A stretch of DNA of 64,000 nucleotides from Phoronis australis (lineage: Eukaryota > Animalia > Phoronida): NCBI GenBank assembly GCA_002633005.1, contig NMRA01000014.1, positions 1,398,838-1,462,837 of the forward strand, read 5' to 3'. Positions 1 to 13,000 of this stretch are shown piece by piece (the stretch's first letter is position 1; each line of letters starts with the position of its first letter). A program made the translations under genes and the position numbers. A model generated the notes under the pieces. It was given only the letters and a program-made list of their open reading frames with translations. It had not been told where the DNA came from and did no database searches.

Positions 1-846
1 ATTAATTTGCCTTATTAAGAAAGTTGGCAGATGTTTCAACAGCATGACTGACATTGGTTTTTGAATGGGTCTGTCTGTACAGTGGTACGCCTTTAAGTTA
101 TCGTTTTTTCATCCACATCTGTATCTCCCAAACCACTTGCAGAATCTTTTTGAAGTATTGTCTACATATTACAAGTGCTTGGTGCCTATCTGACTACCGT
201 TGTGCCTCATAGTACCAATTTTATTTTAACGTTTGCCTTTGTATCTTTGGAGTTCTTAAATGGATTTTCATGTAATTTTGCAAATAAGCTTTTGTGAAGA
301 AGACGACGAGACCTTTCCATATTTGTACAGGTTCAACATATTCTGTTCTACCCAATGGCCATTTTTGATACTAATAAACATCTCTAAAAGCATACCGTTT
401 GCGGTGCAGTCATGGTTGCATTTCAGCACTTTGCTTTGCTCCTGTTTAATGGTCCATAGGTTGAAGAGTTTTGATTATTGCTCAAAACACTATTAAAATG
501 TAATACTTTGTTAAACCATTTGATTGAGAGTAGGCAGAAATATGCAAAATACAAATCTGATCTTTTGGCCTCAGAGTACTTTCATTCGTATCAAAATAAT
601 TTATTCCCTGACAGAGCTACAAATTGGTAAACTGTTTTAGGTGTTGCCAGGTCTCTGATATCTTTAAACAGTCTCAATAGACACAGTTATATGTCTGTGT
701 GCTTCCACGATTTTCTGGTACCTTCTAATTGATGTAATAGTGATTTTTTTTCAAGAATTTAAGATGTACGAGAAAACATTTGGGACTAAAAGGATCAGAC
801 TTTAAGTTGTTTCTTCCTGAGTACTGAAGTTATGTTCGTCTTATAG

Positions 847-1018
847 GTTCAACATGTGCTCCAGGCTGGGCTCACAATAAAGGACAGTGCTACTTGAAAA
901 GTAGTGGGACGGTGGGCAAGTTTTATCAGCAAAAGGAATACTGTTTACAGCAGGCTCTCTTAAGTAACGTAGCCAGTGTTGACAGCATGGATGAGAATCG
1001 TTACCTCGCCAGCTTTGG
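847..1018 (+). CDS. Exon: C-type lectin domain 1, N-terminal half
   Basis: ttatag|...CAPGWAHNKGQCY...YC...VASVDSMDENRYL|gtaggt. Confidence 0.85.
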
Positions 1019-4000
1019 GTAGGTTCTAGTGTTGAGTTAGGTGATCAAGTTGTTTTTGTGACTGAGCAGAAAACCAGCACATTCTGTTCAACAGACAGAC
1101 AGACAGACTCTGTTCCACATTTTGCCATTCACTACTTAATGCACATAGTGTGATGATGGTTTTTGAGAGAAACTTTTTCACTTATTTTCGTTTTTGGTTT
1201 CAATGTGTGGTACGTGGCACGATTCTGACACTCATACTCTTATGATTCTCTTTGTCAGTTTCAACGCTGTCCCTAAAAATTCTCTTGTTCAAACTTTTAT
1301 GTTTATTTAACATGCAGTTTCAACATTGTCCTTAAGTGCCCTTGTACCCCTTTCAAGGTGTTTTACTAGTTACATCTGGCCATTGTTTGCAGAAGCATGA
1401 ATACCACATAAACTGGATGAAAGTTGTCAAATAATAATGAAAATAATAATAATGATAATATTAACAACACTTCTAATAATAAGTGAACATCTGTTTTGTG
1501 AACTTATTATGTCGTGTGAAACCCATGATTGTTTAGTGTTGTATTCCCACTATTTAGCTCCACTAATATGTGGCTTGGCCTGACCTTCTCGAACTCCCGC
1601 TGGCTCTGGCTGGATGGTTCGCAGTTACTCAACTCTTCCTGGGCACCATCACCTTTAGCCAACCATGCCTGTGCAGTGCTGACACCTAGTGGTGACTGGC
1701 TAAGTCAGTCATGTGATGAGAAAAATGAAGTGGTGTGCAAAAGGGAAGCTGGTAAGTTAAGATAGTTGTTTGGTTCTAACAATCAACTCAAAAACATCAT
1801 TTTACTGTATGGGTGCTTTTATTTTCAAGAAGTTCATTCGCTGACTTTTATATACCAATGAAAACATAATAGATTGCTAATCCGTTACCCATTTTGTTAG
1901 GTATCCACATTCAAGTACATTTTGTGGTTGCATACTGTCAGCATTCCATTCGTTCGTCCATTTGTATGTCTGTCAATCCATCTGTGGTTACTGTTCCATG
2001 TCGCCTGTTTATCTCACAACCTGGTATCGTGACGAAACTTGACAAAGTGGTATATGGTGGTGTCCCGTTGAGTTTCAAATGGATGTGACTACCCTAGCAC
2101 CCCCTGCTTAATTCCTTCGTCATACTTTTCGAGAAGATGATAGTCAGATACTCTATGCTGTTAGATTTTTTAACTCTGGTTTGACCATCGTAGAACCCTT
2201 GCTGTCCGTTTCAAGTTTCAGTCAAACTATATTCACCTGATGGTGGATGTGTCGGCACAATTCAATGTTGTAAAAAATTCAATTAACGCAGCACACCCTA
2301 TTGGTCATTTTAGTTTTCAACTACTATTTGTCCTTTCTGTATTGTTAGAAGGACAGATTTTGAAGAAACTTGAAGCTAATATTTTTGGTAGGGATGCACC
2401 ATTACCTGTTGATTTTTGGATGGATTTAACTACCATAGCACCCTCTATTGGCCATTTCTATGTGTCTCACACATGTATGAGGCCAGAGAGACTTTTGCCT
2501 GTCTGCATCATTTTATCATACTTTTTTGCTCCAAAGCTACCTATATCAAAGCTAGGTAGTTTTTGAACGAATTGCCAACTTGGCTACAACAACGTATTTC
2601 AGGACCTGGGGTTGACTTGATTTTGATTCATGTTAGTCACAGTTCACAGAGCAGGATACATGGGTCCCCGAGTTTGAGAACCAGTTTGATGCAGGTTATT
2701 GAATAAAGAAAGCTGGTTATCAAAATCCGGGACCTCTGTAACTGACTATTGCCATTTTTTGGCCCGAAGCTGAGTTTTTGACAAATTTGTCTGTCTACTA
2801 GCTGTTGTGCCACCTAGTGACATTTTTTTGCAATTGTTGTATCTTTCACAAGTCCCTAGTTGGATTTTTACAAAACCTGACTGATATGTTTGTATCAAGA
2901 AGATGATGTCACAAAACAATTTCTAGACGTCTAGGTCGTGTCAAAATTATTTTAATTTTATAACATGAAACTATTTAACGCTCATAGAAATACTATTTGT
3001 GATGCAGTTATCTGACTGTTTCAGTGATTTGCACTCCTCTTGTTATAAATGTTAAATACTCTTTATTTTGTGCCGTAGTTTTGCCATGTTATTGTTGTAT
3101 TTCCAGCTCCTCTCAGCCCTGTTGCCGGCTCATGCTCCGATCTCTACAGAAATGGAGTATTCCTAATTGCCGATTACTTAATGGACACCAGTAACATCTC
3201 ACAAACTTCACATGTCCTGAAACAGTGTGGCATTGTTGGTATGTTACCACTGACGCACATACTCTCACATTATCAACTTTGTAGGTCTAGTGCGGGAAGC
3301 AATACAATTGACATACACTGAGTCACATTATCAGCTCTGTAGGTCTAGTGCAGGAAGCAATACAATTGACACACATTGAGTCACATTATCAGCTCTGTAG
3401 GTATAGTGTGGAAGCAATACAATTGACACACATTGAGTCACATTATCAGCTCTGTAGGTGTAGTGCAGGAAGCAATACAATTGACACACATTGAGTCACA
3501 TTATCAGCTCTGNTACTGTGTTATAAATGTCTGTAATGATATTTACATTTACAGATGACACTCTGTGCAAAGATCACAACTGGTTTGGATTCAAAGGTCA
3601 CTGTTACTTGCTGGTCAAAACAGGTGCCACAGCTTTGGCAGCCCACCAACACTGTCTGTCACACAACAGTCTTGTGGCTGTAGTCAGTGATGCAGAGGAA
3701 GAACGGTTACTGCGGGATTTTGCCACTCACATCCCATGGGCTAACTACGTGTGGCATATTGGCCTGTTTGATGTCTACTTCAACAATCACTTGACTTCTG
3801 CGGATGGACAAGTGAGCGTGACTAGTTCCTATCAGAGAGCGTTCTGGCAAAATGCACCCTTTGACTGTACCAGGTTTAACAGAAACGGTCTGATTCCTGA
3901 GCAATGTACTTTAGGAAGATACTTCATGTGTGAACAGCACAAGGGTTAGTTGATCAATGAATATGACTTGACTGTGTTAAAGAGGTCAGGCATTTAAGGC

Positions 4001-7000
4001 CTTGTATGAAACGTTTTAATAACTCTTCACTTGTGAATCAGATTATTTAATCTATGTAATAACTATTACCTTGTGAAACATATTAGTCAATCTATTTATC
4101 GTAATAATTAAGTGTTAACATATGAAACACGTTAGTCAATCTTTTTTATAATAACTGTTGACATGTGAAGAACACAAATTTTGTTCTCTGGATTCCTTAT
4201 CATTTGAACACACATTTACACAGTTGTACATGTATTGTATTGGTCTGGATATTGAATGTGCGGCAACCTTCCTCTCATTATATTGATGAGAAGAGCCAGG
4301 TTTGTGAATTAGTAGTGACCCCCACTCATTATGTTGATTGGTGGTTAAGGAATGGCACTGCTAACAGTAAAGTGCAGTTCTGCTGTGCCTCATAGTGCCC
4401 ATATGGCAGTGACAAGTTGTTCAGGTGTGCCCAGTGGTGTCTACATAACAGTGACAAGTTGCTCTAGTGTGCCCCACGATGTTCACATGACTGTAAAAAG
4501 TTGTGATGGTGTGCACCATATTGTCCACATGAGAGTGACATGTTGTTCTGGTGTGTCCCAGAGTGTCTACATCACAGCGGCAAGTTGTTCTGATGTGCCC
4601 CATGATGTCCACATAACAGTGGCAAGTTGTTCTGTGCCCCATAGTGTCCACATAACCGTGGCTAGTTGTTCTGTAGTGCTCCATAGTGTCCACATGGCGG
4701 TGACAAGTTGTTAATATGTTGCATTTATTGCTTGTTGTTTCGTCATATTGTTCATGTTGTAGGCTACAAAGGCTGCTACAGTATGACTGGTGAAGGACCC
4801 ACAGTGTCCAGTAGTGTCCACATGACAGTGACCGGTTGTATTGAGTTCTGCCGTGGTCGCGGTGACCATTACGGTGCAGTGTCGGGCCAGCACTGTTACT
4901 GTACGTCCAACATGACAGGCTGGACCAGGAGACCATCTGATAGTGACTGTTCAGACACATGCCCAGCTCATCGTTACCAAGCCTGTGGCAGAGAAGTCAA
5001 CAGTTATGCATCTGTATACTTTATTGGTATGATACTTCATTTTTAATGAAATTCAATTTCATACTGTTTAAGCTATAATGATATAAGCAAACCTTTTTAG
5101 TCAAAACTGTAAATGCAGATATTTATGTCAAAATTGTATTCTACATTTTATCACATATTAGTAATGGGTTAAACTTTCAGATCACTATCCACTGGTGGCG
5201 ACCTCTTGCAGTCATTTGTGGAATCAGCTGGTCCGTTTGCCTGGGTGGTACTATCTTCTGGTTCCCGGCTCTGCCAGTGCACTGTTGGTGGAATGTTTTG
5301 GTCGTTGTAAGTTTTTTGCTGGTAATCATGATAGTTCATTCTTTTGCGACAAATCTCATTGACTTACTTGTGTGTTCTGACTTTATCATCGCATCTGAAT
5401 TATTTGTTATTGTGATAATTGACCACCGCAACCATTCACATTTAGGTAGAAGGATATTTCAATAGGCAATTCACCAAGATTTAATAATCCGTACTCTACA
5501 TGTAGTAACTATAATTGAACTACAACACTGGGCCAAAGTGAGGTGTACCCGGGTAAATGATGAAACTTTTGTTATTTTGTTTGACTGTTTACTTTTAGCG
5601 GTGTGCGATGAGTTCCTTGTGCAACCTTTACCAGACAGTTCCATAAAGGGTTCTGTGCCTCACTCCTCCTCTAGTGGTTACCAACCCTCTCAGGCCAGGT
5701 ATGTTATTAATTATATGCCTATTACAGAACACTGTCAGTCTGTTAGAACCGAAAGTCCAACACTGGACCTTAAGATAGTTTATGTGCTAAACTTATGTTT
5801 TAAGTATGTGTACACTGATATCGACAGCTGATGTTTTTATTCAGTAGTTGTCAAGACACGACTTAACGTTGGTGTTATTTTTTACAAAAGTAATTGACGA
5901 CCTTCGCTATTTGCACCCCGAGTGGTATTTGTTTTTGAAGAAGGGAAAAGCTTATGAGCAAATGGAGTGTTATGTCGTTTCACTCTCCCTTATGACATCA
6001 AACTACATTTTTCAATTGTTAAGAAAAATTCACTTTCTCGCAAAAATGCAACCACCATCATTGTTAAAACAGTCGACTTCTTTATGTTGACATGCGATGA
6101 ATATGGCAATGTGCAAACTAACAACAAGTGTTCATAAAAACTTTGAATGATGAGTTTTAATTGTCATGCATAGCTCACTCAGTAGTTGGTGGTTGGTGAA
6201 ATATTTTAAAATGTAAACTTCAATGTTATAAGTTCTAATTTATTAAGCATACTTGAAGTGTACAATTGAAACGTTTTATTGAATGATTATAATCGATGAT
6301 CGGTTGTGAAGAATCTCAGATCATCGATTACAAAATTCTGTGTGATTGCCGTGATTGGCTATTGCGGATGACATTGTCGCTTGTTTGAGAACTCAGCCTC
6401 ATGTCCTCCTCCGCTAGTTTGAGAATGCATCATCATGTCATTGCTCACCTCCTCTGCTAGTTTGAGAACTCGGCCTAATGTCCTTGCTCAACTCCTCTGC
6501 TAGTTTGAGAACTCGGCCTAATGTCCTTGCTCACCTCCCCTGCTAGTTTGAGAACTCGGCCTTATGTCCTCGCTCACCTTCTCTGCTAGTTTGAGAACTT
6601 GGCCTTAATGTCCTTGCTCACCTCCTCTGCTAGTTTGAGAACTCGGCCTAATGTCCTTGCTCATGCACCTCCTCTGCTAGTTTGAGAACTTGGCCTAATG
6701 TCCTTGCTCACCTCCTCTGGTTATATGCTGATGAAGCCTTGTCTCGTTCAGTAGTTTATTATTGAATGACACTTGCCTGTTTTGAAGAAAGATATAACTT
6801 TTGTTTGGGAGAATTCAATCTAACTACCAAAAGCAGGAAAAAATCAGAAGATCAAAAGACATGTTTTAATACAATGTGTCAATTTTACATTTTAATTTAA
6901 AAAAATCACAAAGGACTTGACAATTAACTTCAGAAAAAAATATGTTACATTTTTTGTTAAAGAAATAAATATTTTGTGAGTGACATTTTCTGAGTATCCA

Positions 7001-10000
7001 TGGCAAGAGTTCACTTTACGATCTTTACAGCATTTGGCAATATGAAGTGCCTTGTACCCCATGATGTTGTTGCTGTTGCATCTTTACAGCATTTGGCAAT
7101 ATGAAGTACCTTTTACCCCATGCTGTTGTTGCTGTTGCATCTTTACAGCATTTGGCAATATGAAGTACCTTTTACCCCATGCTGTTGTTGCTGTTGCATC
7201 TTTACAGCATTTGGCAATATGAAGTGCCTTTTACCCCATGATGTTGCTGTTGCATCTTTACAGCATTTGGCAATATGAAGTGCCTTTTACCCCATGATGT
7301 TGCTGTTGCATCTTTACAGCATTTGGCAATATGAAGTGCCTTTTACCCCATGCTGTTGTTGCTGTTGCCACATTGTTTGTAAGTAGGGATCCTAGCAGTG
7401 GACTGGCAGCCTTTTGTAGTCCAGGAATACTCGAAACCTTCCACGGGCAAAAAAGTTTCGATATCATCAAAATGCACTGTGTTGTGTCACCCTTGCCCCC
7501 TAATTCCATCCTTTGCTGAGACTAATGTTGTGTTCTCTTGGTAAGTAGTAATTGTCTATTTCAGGCTGTTCACGGGGGATGTAGGCTTCGCCTCTAAATT
7601 ATCCAATGCTAATCATTATGTGCAAGCCAACTTTGACACCTTAAATGTTGTCACTGCAGTTTTAACTCAAGGTAAGTATTGTCACCTGTTGGATGTCTAA
7701 TTCTACTGCACTAGTCTTTCCATAGATGTTGCAAATACTGCTGTATGCTATCTGATGGTCTTTTATTCAAATATCACATCTTTCTGAAGACGTCATCATC
7801 TAGGTCATTTTGGTTTCATATCAGTTGTTTCTGAAGCAGCGAAATTAAAGCAAAGTTCATGGATGCATTGTTTAAGAGCCGGTGACCAGATGTATAGAAG
7901 TCAACTGGGGGAAGGCTTGAATACAGATGTCTAGATGACAACTGGGTGATTACTAGTGTCGGGATGTCTGGAGGACAGCTGGTGTCTATATGACGGCTAG
8001 TGGAGCACTAATGTATGGAGTTCTAGGGGATATCTTGGGGAGGGCTGGTGTACGAGGAGGATGGCTCTGGGAAGGTTGATGTATGGACTTTTAGGGTATG
8101 GTTTGGGGAGGGCTGATGTACGGACGTCTAGAGGATGGCATAAGTGCGGATGTATGGACATCTAGGGGATGGCTGGGAAAGTGCTGCTATATGGATGTCT
8201 AGAAGATTGCTGGGGAAAACAGATGTACAAACATATAGAGGATTGCTGGAGAATTGCTGATGTGTGGAAGTCTAGAGGATTGCTGTGGAGGTGTTCATGT
8301 GTGCACATCTAGAGGACGGCTACAGATAGCTTATGTATGATTCCCATTTTTCTAGATGTCTGGCCACCCCTTGCTGCCTTCCAGACATCAGTGCATGATC
8401 ACCTCACTGCCATCTGTCTGCATATTAACAAAATATCTATGAACTGCGCTCTGCAAACATTAAATTTTAACATACTGATAATTCACGTGCTGTTTTGTTG
8501 TGACTTGAACTATTAAATGACAACATACTTGTTAGCTGTTGAAACCTCTATGATGCATTTCTTACCTAGGCCGGCAGCTGGTATCTAACTATGGATTTTC
8601 TATCCAGTACACCAGTAAGATCACCATTCAGTACAACACCAGTGTCGGCACCTATGAGTATGGGACTACGGTGGGTACTGCCTTACTCAGTTGTTCTCTG
8701 ACAGATTAAATCAGTTTTTGGCCACTGTAAGATTAAAAAACGGACAATCGCCGCTCAAATAAAAAAGTTCATGTTCAATCACCTTTTCGTCTGTTCATTA
8801 GACATCATCAGGATCATATTTACAAAGGGTAGCAAGTGCCAACATGCAGCTCAGATAACATCCATAAAGTTAAGTAAGAGATACAGAGAATAAAATCAGT
8901 AGCTAGCCATCACCAAAGTTGCAACGTCCCTGAGCTCTGCATGTTATTCAGAGAATCAGTAGCATGCTGGTTCTGAATGGCCAATGACTCTTTAATGTAC
9001 AGTAATTCCTTTGTAGGTTTTCAATGTACAGTAATTCCTTATTAGGTTCTCTGCAGATAATACTAACTGAATTGGCTTGGTGATTGTTGCAACATATATA
9101 GGCATTGTGTTGTGTGGATGTTACCTGAGCTGTATGTTGGCACTTGCTGTCCTTCGTAAATATGATCCTGATGGCGCGTGTCTAATGAATAGACGAAACA
9201 TTGATTGAGTACTTTTTTATTTGTGCGGCGATCGTCCGGTTTTTAATCTCTGACAGATATACAAAGAGGTCATGTTTGTCCTTATATATATGTCTAGTAT
9301 CATGTACTAATAAAATGTTTTCCTCAGGGAAAACCTGCACGAAGTCTGCTAGACCTTGTGTGGGTTTTCCATGCACTGAAATCTGGACCTCACGCGAGGG
9401 GTGCAATGTTTGAATTGCTACTTTTGTCTTTAAGAGACTCCATCAATTTTACATCCGAAAAATACTGCCTTTTGCAATTGTTGTTGGATAAGATGGACTT
9501 TATGAAATTACTAGCTTTGACCAGAGCTCTAAAGTACAAATTGCCAATTGTCACTGTTGTCTGATAGACACTCTCTGAAATCAAGGCTGGTGAGTTAACC
9601 ATATAAATATGTTTATTAATAAGCTCTCTGTCATTTATCGAGTGAGATATAACTCTGCTAACTTAGCATTAGGGTGTGACAGCAGGTATTCCAAGATCGA
9701 TTCTGTGCCGAAAATTGTTTTTCTGTGCCGAAAATTGTTTTTCTCTCCCATAATGTCACTTCAATTGCCATGCACACTGGTTTTACTGAACAGGCAATAG
9801 TTCTTGAAACTACTGCCCTGTGTTACATACAGGAAATGACTTTTTTATTCACTGAAACAACGCAGTTTGAAAAAAGCCACAGTTAAAGTGTATAGTGCTT
9901 GAAGACTATGGTAAAGACATTCCATAAACTTGGACAAATTTGGTACAGAATTTCCTTATAAGTATTTACTATTAATTGCTAAATTTGACTAATGTTGCTT

Positions 10001-13000
10001 AAGCTTAAAGGTAACGATAGTGCCAGTCTTGCATAAGATATTTAATGCACTTTTTGATTCTGGGTATTATCCCCAGACATGGTGTGACGCAGTGCTTACT
10101 CCAGTACATAAACAAGGCAATATCAATGACGAAAATAACTATAGAGGTATCTCCCTGTTGTCTGCTTTGGGAAAACTTTTTACCAAACTTTTAAATAATC
10201 GTCTTTATTACTGGGCTGAAAATAATGATAAACTTTATGAGTCTCAAGCTGGGTTTAGAAAANNNNNNNNNNNNNNNNNNNNNNNNNNNNNNNNNNNNNN
10301 NNNNNNNNNNNNNNNNNNNNNNNNNNNNNNNNNNNNNNNNNNNNNNNNNNNNNNNNNNNNNNNNNNNNNNNNNNNNNNNNNNNNNNNNNNNNNNNNNNNN
10401 NNNNNNNNNNNNNNNNNNNNNNNNNNNNNNNNNNNNNNNNNNNNNNNNNNNNNNNNNNNNNNNNNNNNNNNNNNNNNNNNNNNNNNNNNNNNNNNNNNNN
10501 NNNNNNNNNNNNNNNNNNNNNNNNNNNNNNNNNNNNNNNNNNNNNNNNNNNNNNNNNNNNNNNNNNNNNNNNNNNNNNNNNNNNNNNNNNNNNNNNNNNN
10601 NNNNNNNNNNNNNNNNNNNNNNNNNNNNNNNNNNNNNNNNNNNNNNNNNNNNNNNNNNNNNNNNNNNNNNNNNNNNNNNNNNNNNNNNNNNNNNNNNNNN
10701 NNNNNNNNNNNNNNNNNNNNNNNNNNNNNNNNNNNNNNNNNNNNNNNNNNNNNNNNNNNNNNNNNNNNNNNNNNNNNNNNNNNNNNNNNNNNNNNNNNNN
10801 NNNNNNNNNNNNNNNNNNNNNNNNNNNNNNNNNNNNNNNNNNNNNNNNNNNNNNNNNNNNNNNNNNNNNNNNNNNNNNNNNNNNNNNNNNNNNNNNNNNN
10901 NNNNNNNNNNNNNNNNNNNNNNNNNNNNNNNNNNNNNNNNNNNNNNNNNNNNNNNNNNNNNNNNNNNNNNNNNNNNNNNNNNNNNNNNNNNNNNNNNNNN
11001 NNNNNNNNNNNNNNNNNNNNNNNNNNNNNNNNNNNNNNNNNNNNNNNNNNNNNNNNNNNNNNNNNNNNNNNNNNNNNNNNNNNNNNAAATCAAGCGTATT
11101 TCTTGACTGTTTTTTCTCAACGTGTCAACGACTGTTATTTGCAAGGTTGGCAATCTGATATCGAATGTAACGCAAAACTGCCTTACTATGTGGGGTACAA
11201 AACAATGTATCATCTTGAGAATTATCTAGAAATGGTTGGTATCCCACGTGTTTTTATCCAGTCTCTGACTCGATTACGATGTTCAAATCATTCGTTACTA
11301 GTGGAAAGAGGTCGCCACACAAATATTCCCTATGAAAACAGGTTGTGTGAGTTATGTAATTCTGGGCGTGTAGAGGACGAATATCACGTTGTGTTGGTTT
11401 GTAGTGCGTACCAAGACCTTCGGGTTAAATACTTAAGAGATCGTTTTTGTCATTCTCCCACGACATCTAAATTTGATTCTCTCATGAGAACTCCAGATAG
11501 TCAACTAATTAAATTCGTCCATCACGCTCTCAAGCGTCATAATGTATTATCCGGTTTGAAACGTGCCACCTAACAATGTTCTGTCTTGTACATGATATAC
11601 TTGGGGCCTATGGCCATGTGTATATGTCTCAATAAACATTATAATATGGTACGTACCTCTTAACCTATTTAGCCCACAATAGGGTGGACGAGTGAAATTT
11701 TATTTTCATTTGTCAAATTTCTAAGTACTAAAGAAATATTGACTCTGTTGTAAGCTTTTTTGTGCATGTTTCACAGTTCAGCATTCTGGCAGCGGAGTTT
11801 AATTATTATAATAGTACTTACGTTCAAGTAATCAGGGTTTGAAAAAAGGAATTATTTTTTGCAAGCTTAAATTTCCTTGCGCCCTAACTAAAAAATATTG
11901 TCCAGTTTTGAATAATGTTGTCCGAGCATGAATAATACAAACATGTAAATCTTGAACCAGCGTGGAAATATAGGTCACATGATGTGACCAACAGGTGGCG
12001 TGCAGACCAGACTTAAAAATGCTTGCAATCATGAATAACATTATTGTCCAAACATCAATAAGTGGAACACTTTGTAGCTTGATAAATATTGTCAGTGAAG
12101 ATTATTGAACATTTTTTAGCTTGATAAATATTGTCAGTGAAGATTATTGAACACTTTAGCTTGATAAATATTGTCAGTGAAGATTATTGAACACTTGTAG
12201 CTTGATAAATATTGTCAGTGAAGATTATTGAACACTTTTTAGCTTGATAAATATTGTCAGTGAAGATTGTTGAACACTTTTTAGCTTGATAAATATTGTC
12301 AGTGAAGATTATTGAACACTTTTTAGCTTGATAAATATTGTCAGTGAAGATTATTGAACACTTTGTAGCTTGATAAATATTGTCAGTGAAGATTATTTTA
12401 GCTCACTGATATTAGTGTCATATTGAGTCTACTTTATGTGACTGGACTTTAGTTTTTAGTGTATAATGGCAGGAAATATTCGTTGTTACTTAATGTCTGC
12501 CTGTGGGCATTATATCCATGTAAAATCATGATAGAAATCTTGGTAACACATCTTTGAATATCCATGCATTATATTTGTGCTCATTATGTTTCTGTGGTCA
12601 TAGATTGAAAATTTTTTGTTTGAAGGTTGGTTAGAAAATACATGAAAAAAACATTTATAGCAAAAAATGTGATGAATGTCTGCTTCGTTATGATGAGATC
12701 AGTTTCCTTAAAAGAACAAGTTATAGTCAATCATTTAGTATAAGTATTTATAAGCGCTAACTGCGAAGCGATACCGAAGCTAGTTTACAGTGAAACAACA
12801 CGTGTGGTTGAGATAAAAGGTCATATATATTATGACAAACTAAACTATTACAGATATCAGTAATTACAAAAGTTATATAACCTGTTGAACTGTAAAGGTG
12901 GGTGACAATCTGCCACAGATGCAGCAGAAGGATGCATCCGCCCACCAGTATTTAAAACTGATCTGCTTGCGATATACAGTTAAGATGTAATACATTTAAC

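Noticed and set aside
4421-4960. 179-aa His/Thr-rich ORF on the - strand
   Set aside because: Antisense reading of the minisatellite and the WSC exon.
10191-11213. Long ORFs spanning 10.2-11.1 kb
   Set aside because: Their length comes from the N gap; only the + strand LINE frame has real motifs.
12066-12402. Regular repeat arrays resembling CRISPR
   Set aside because: Head-to-tail units with no unique spacers, no cas genes, and a eukaryotic intron context.
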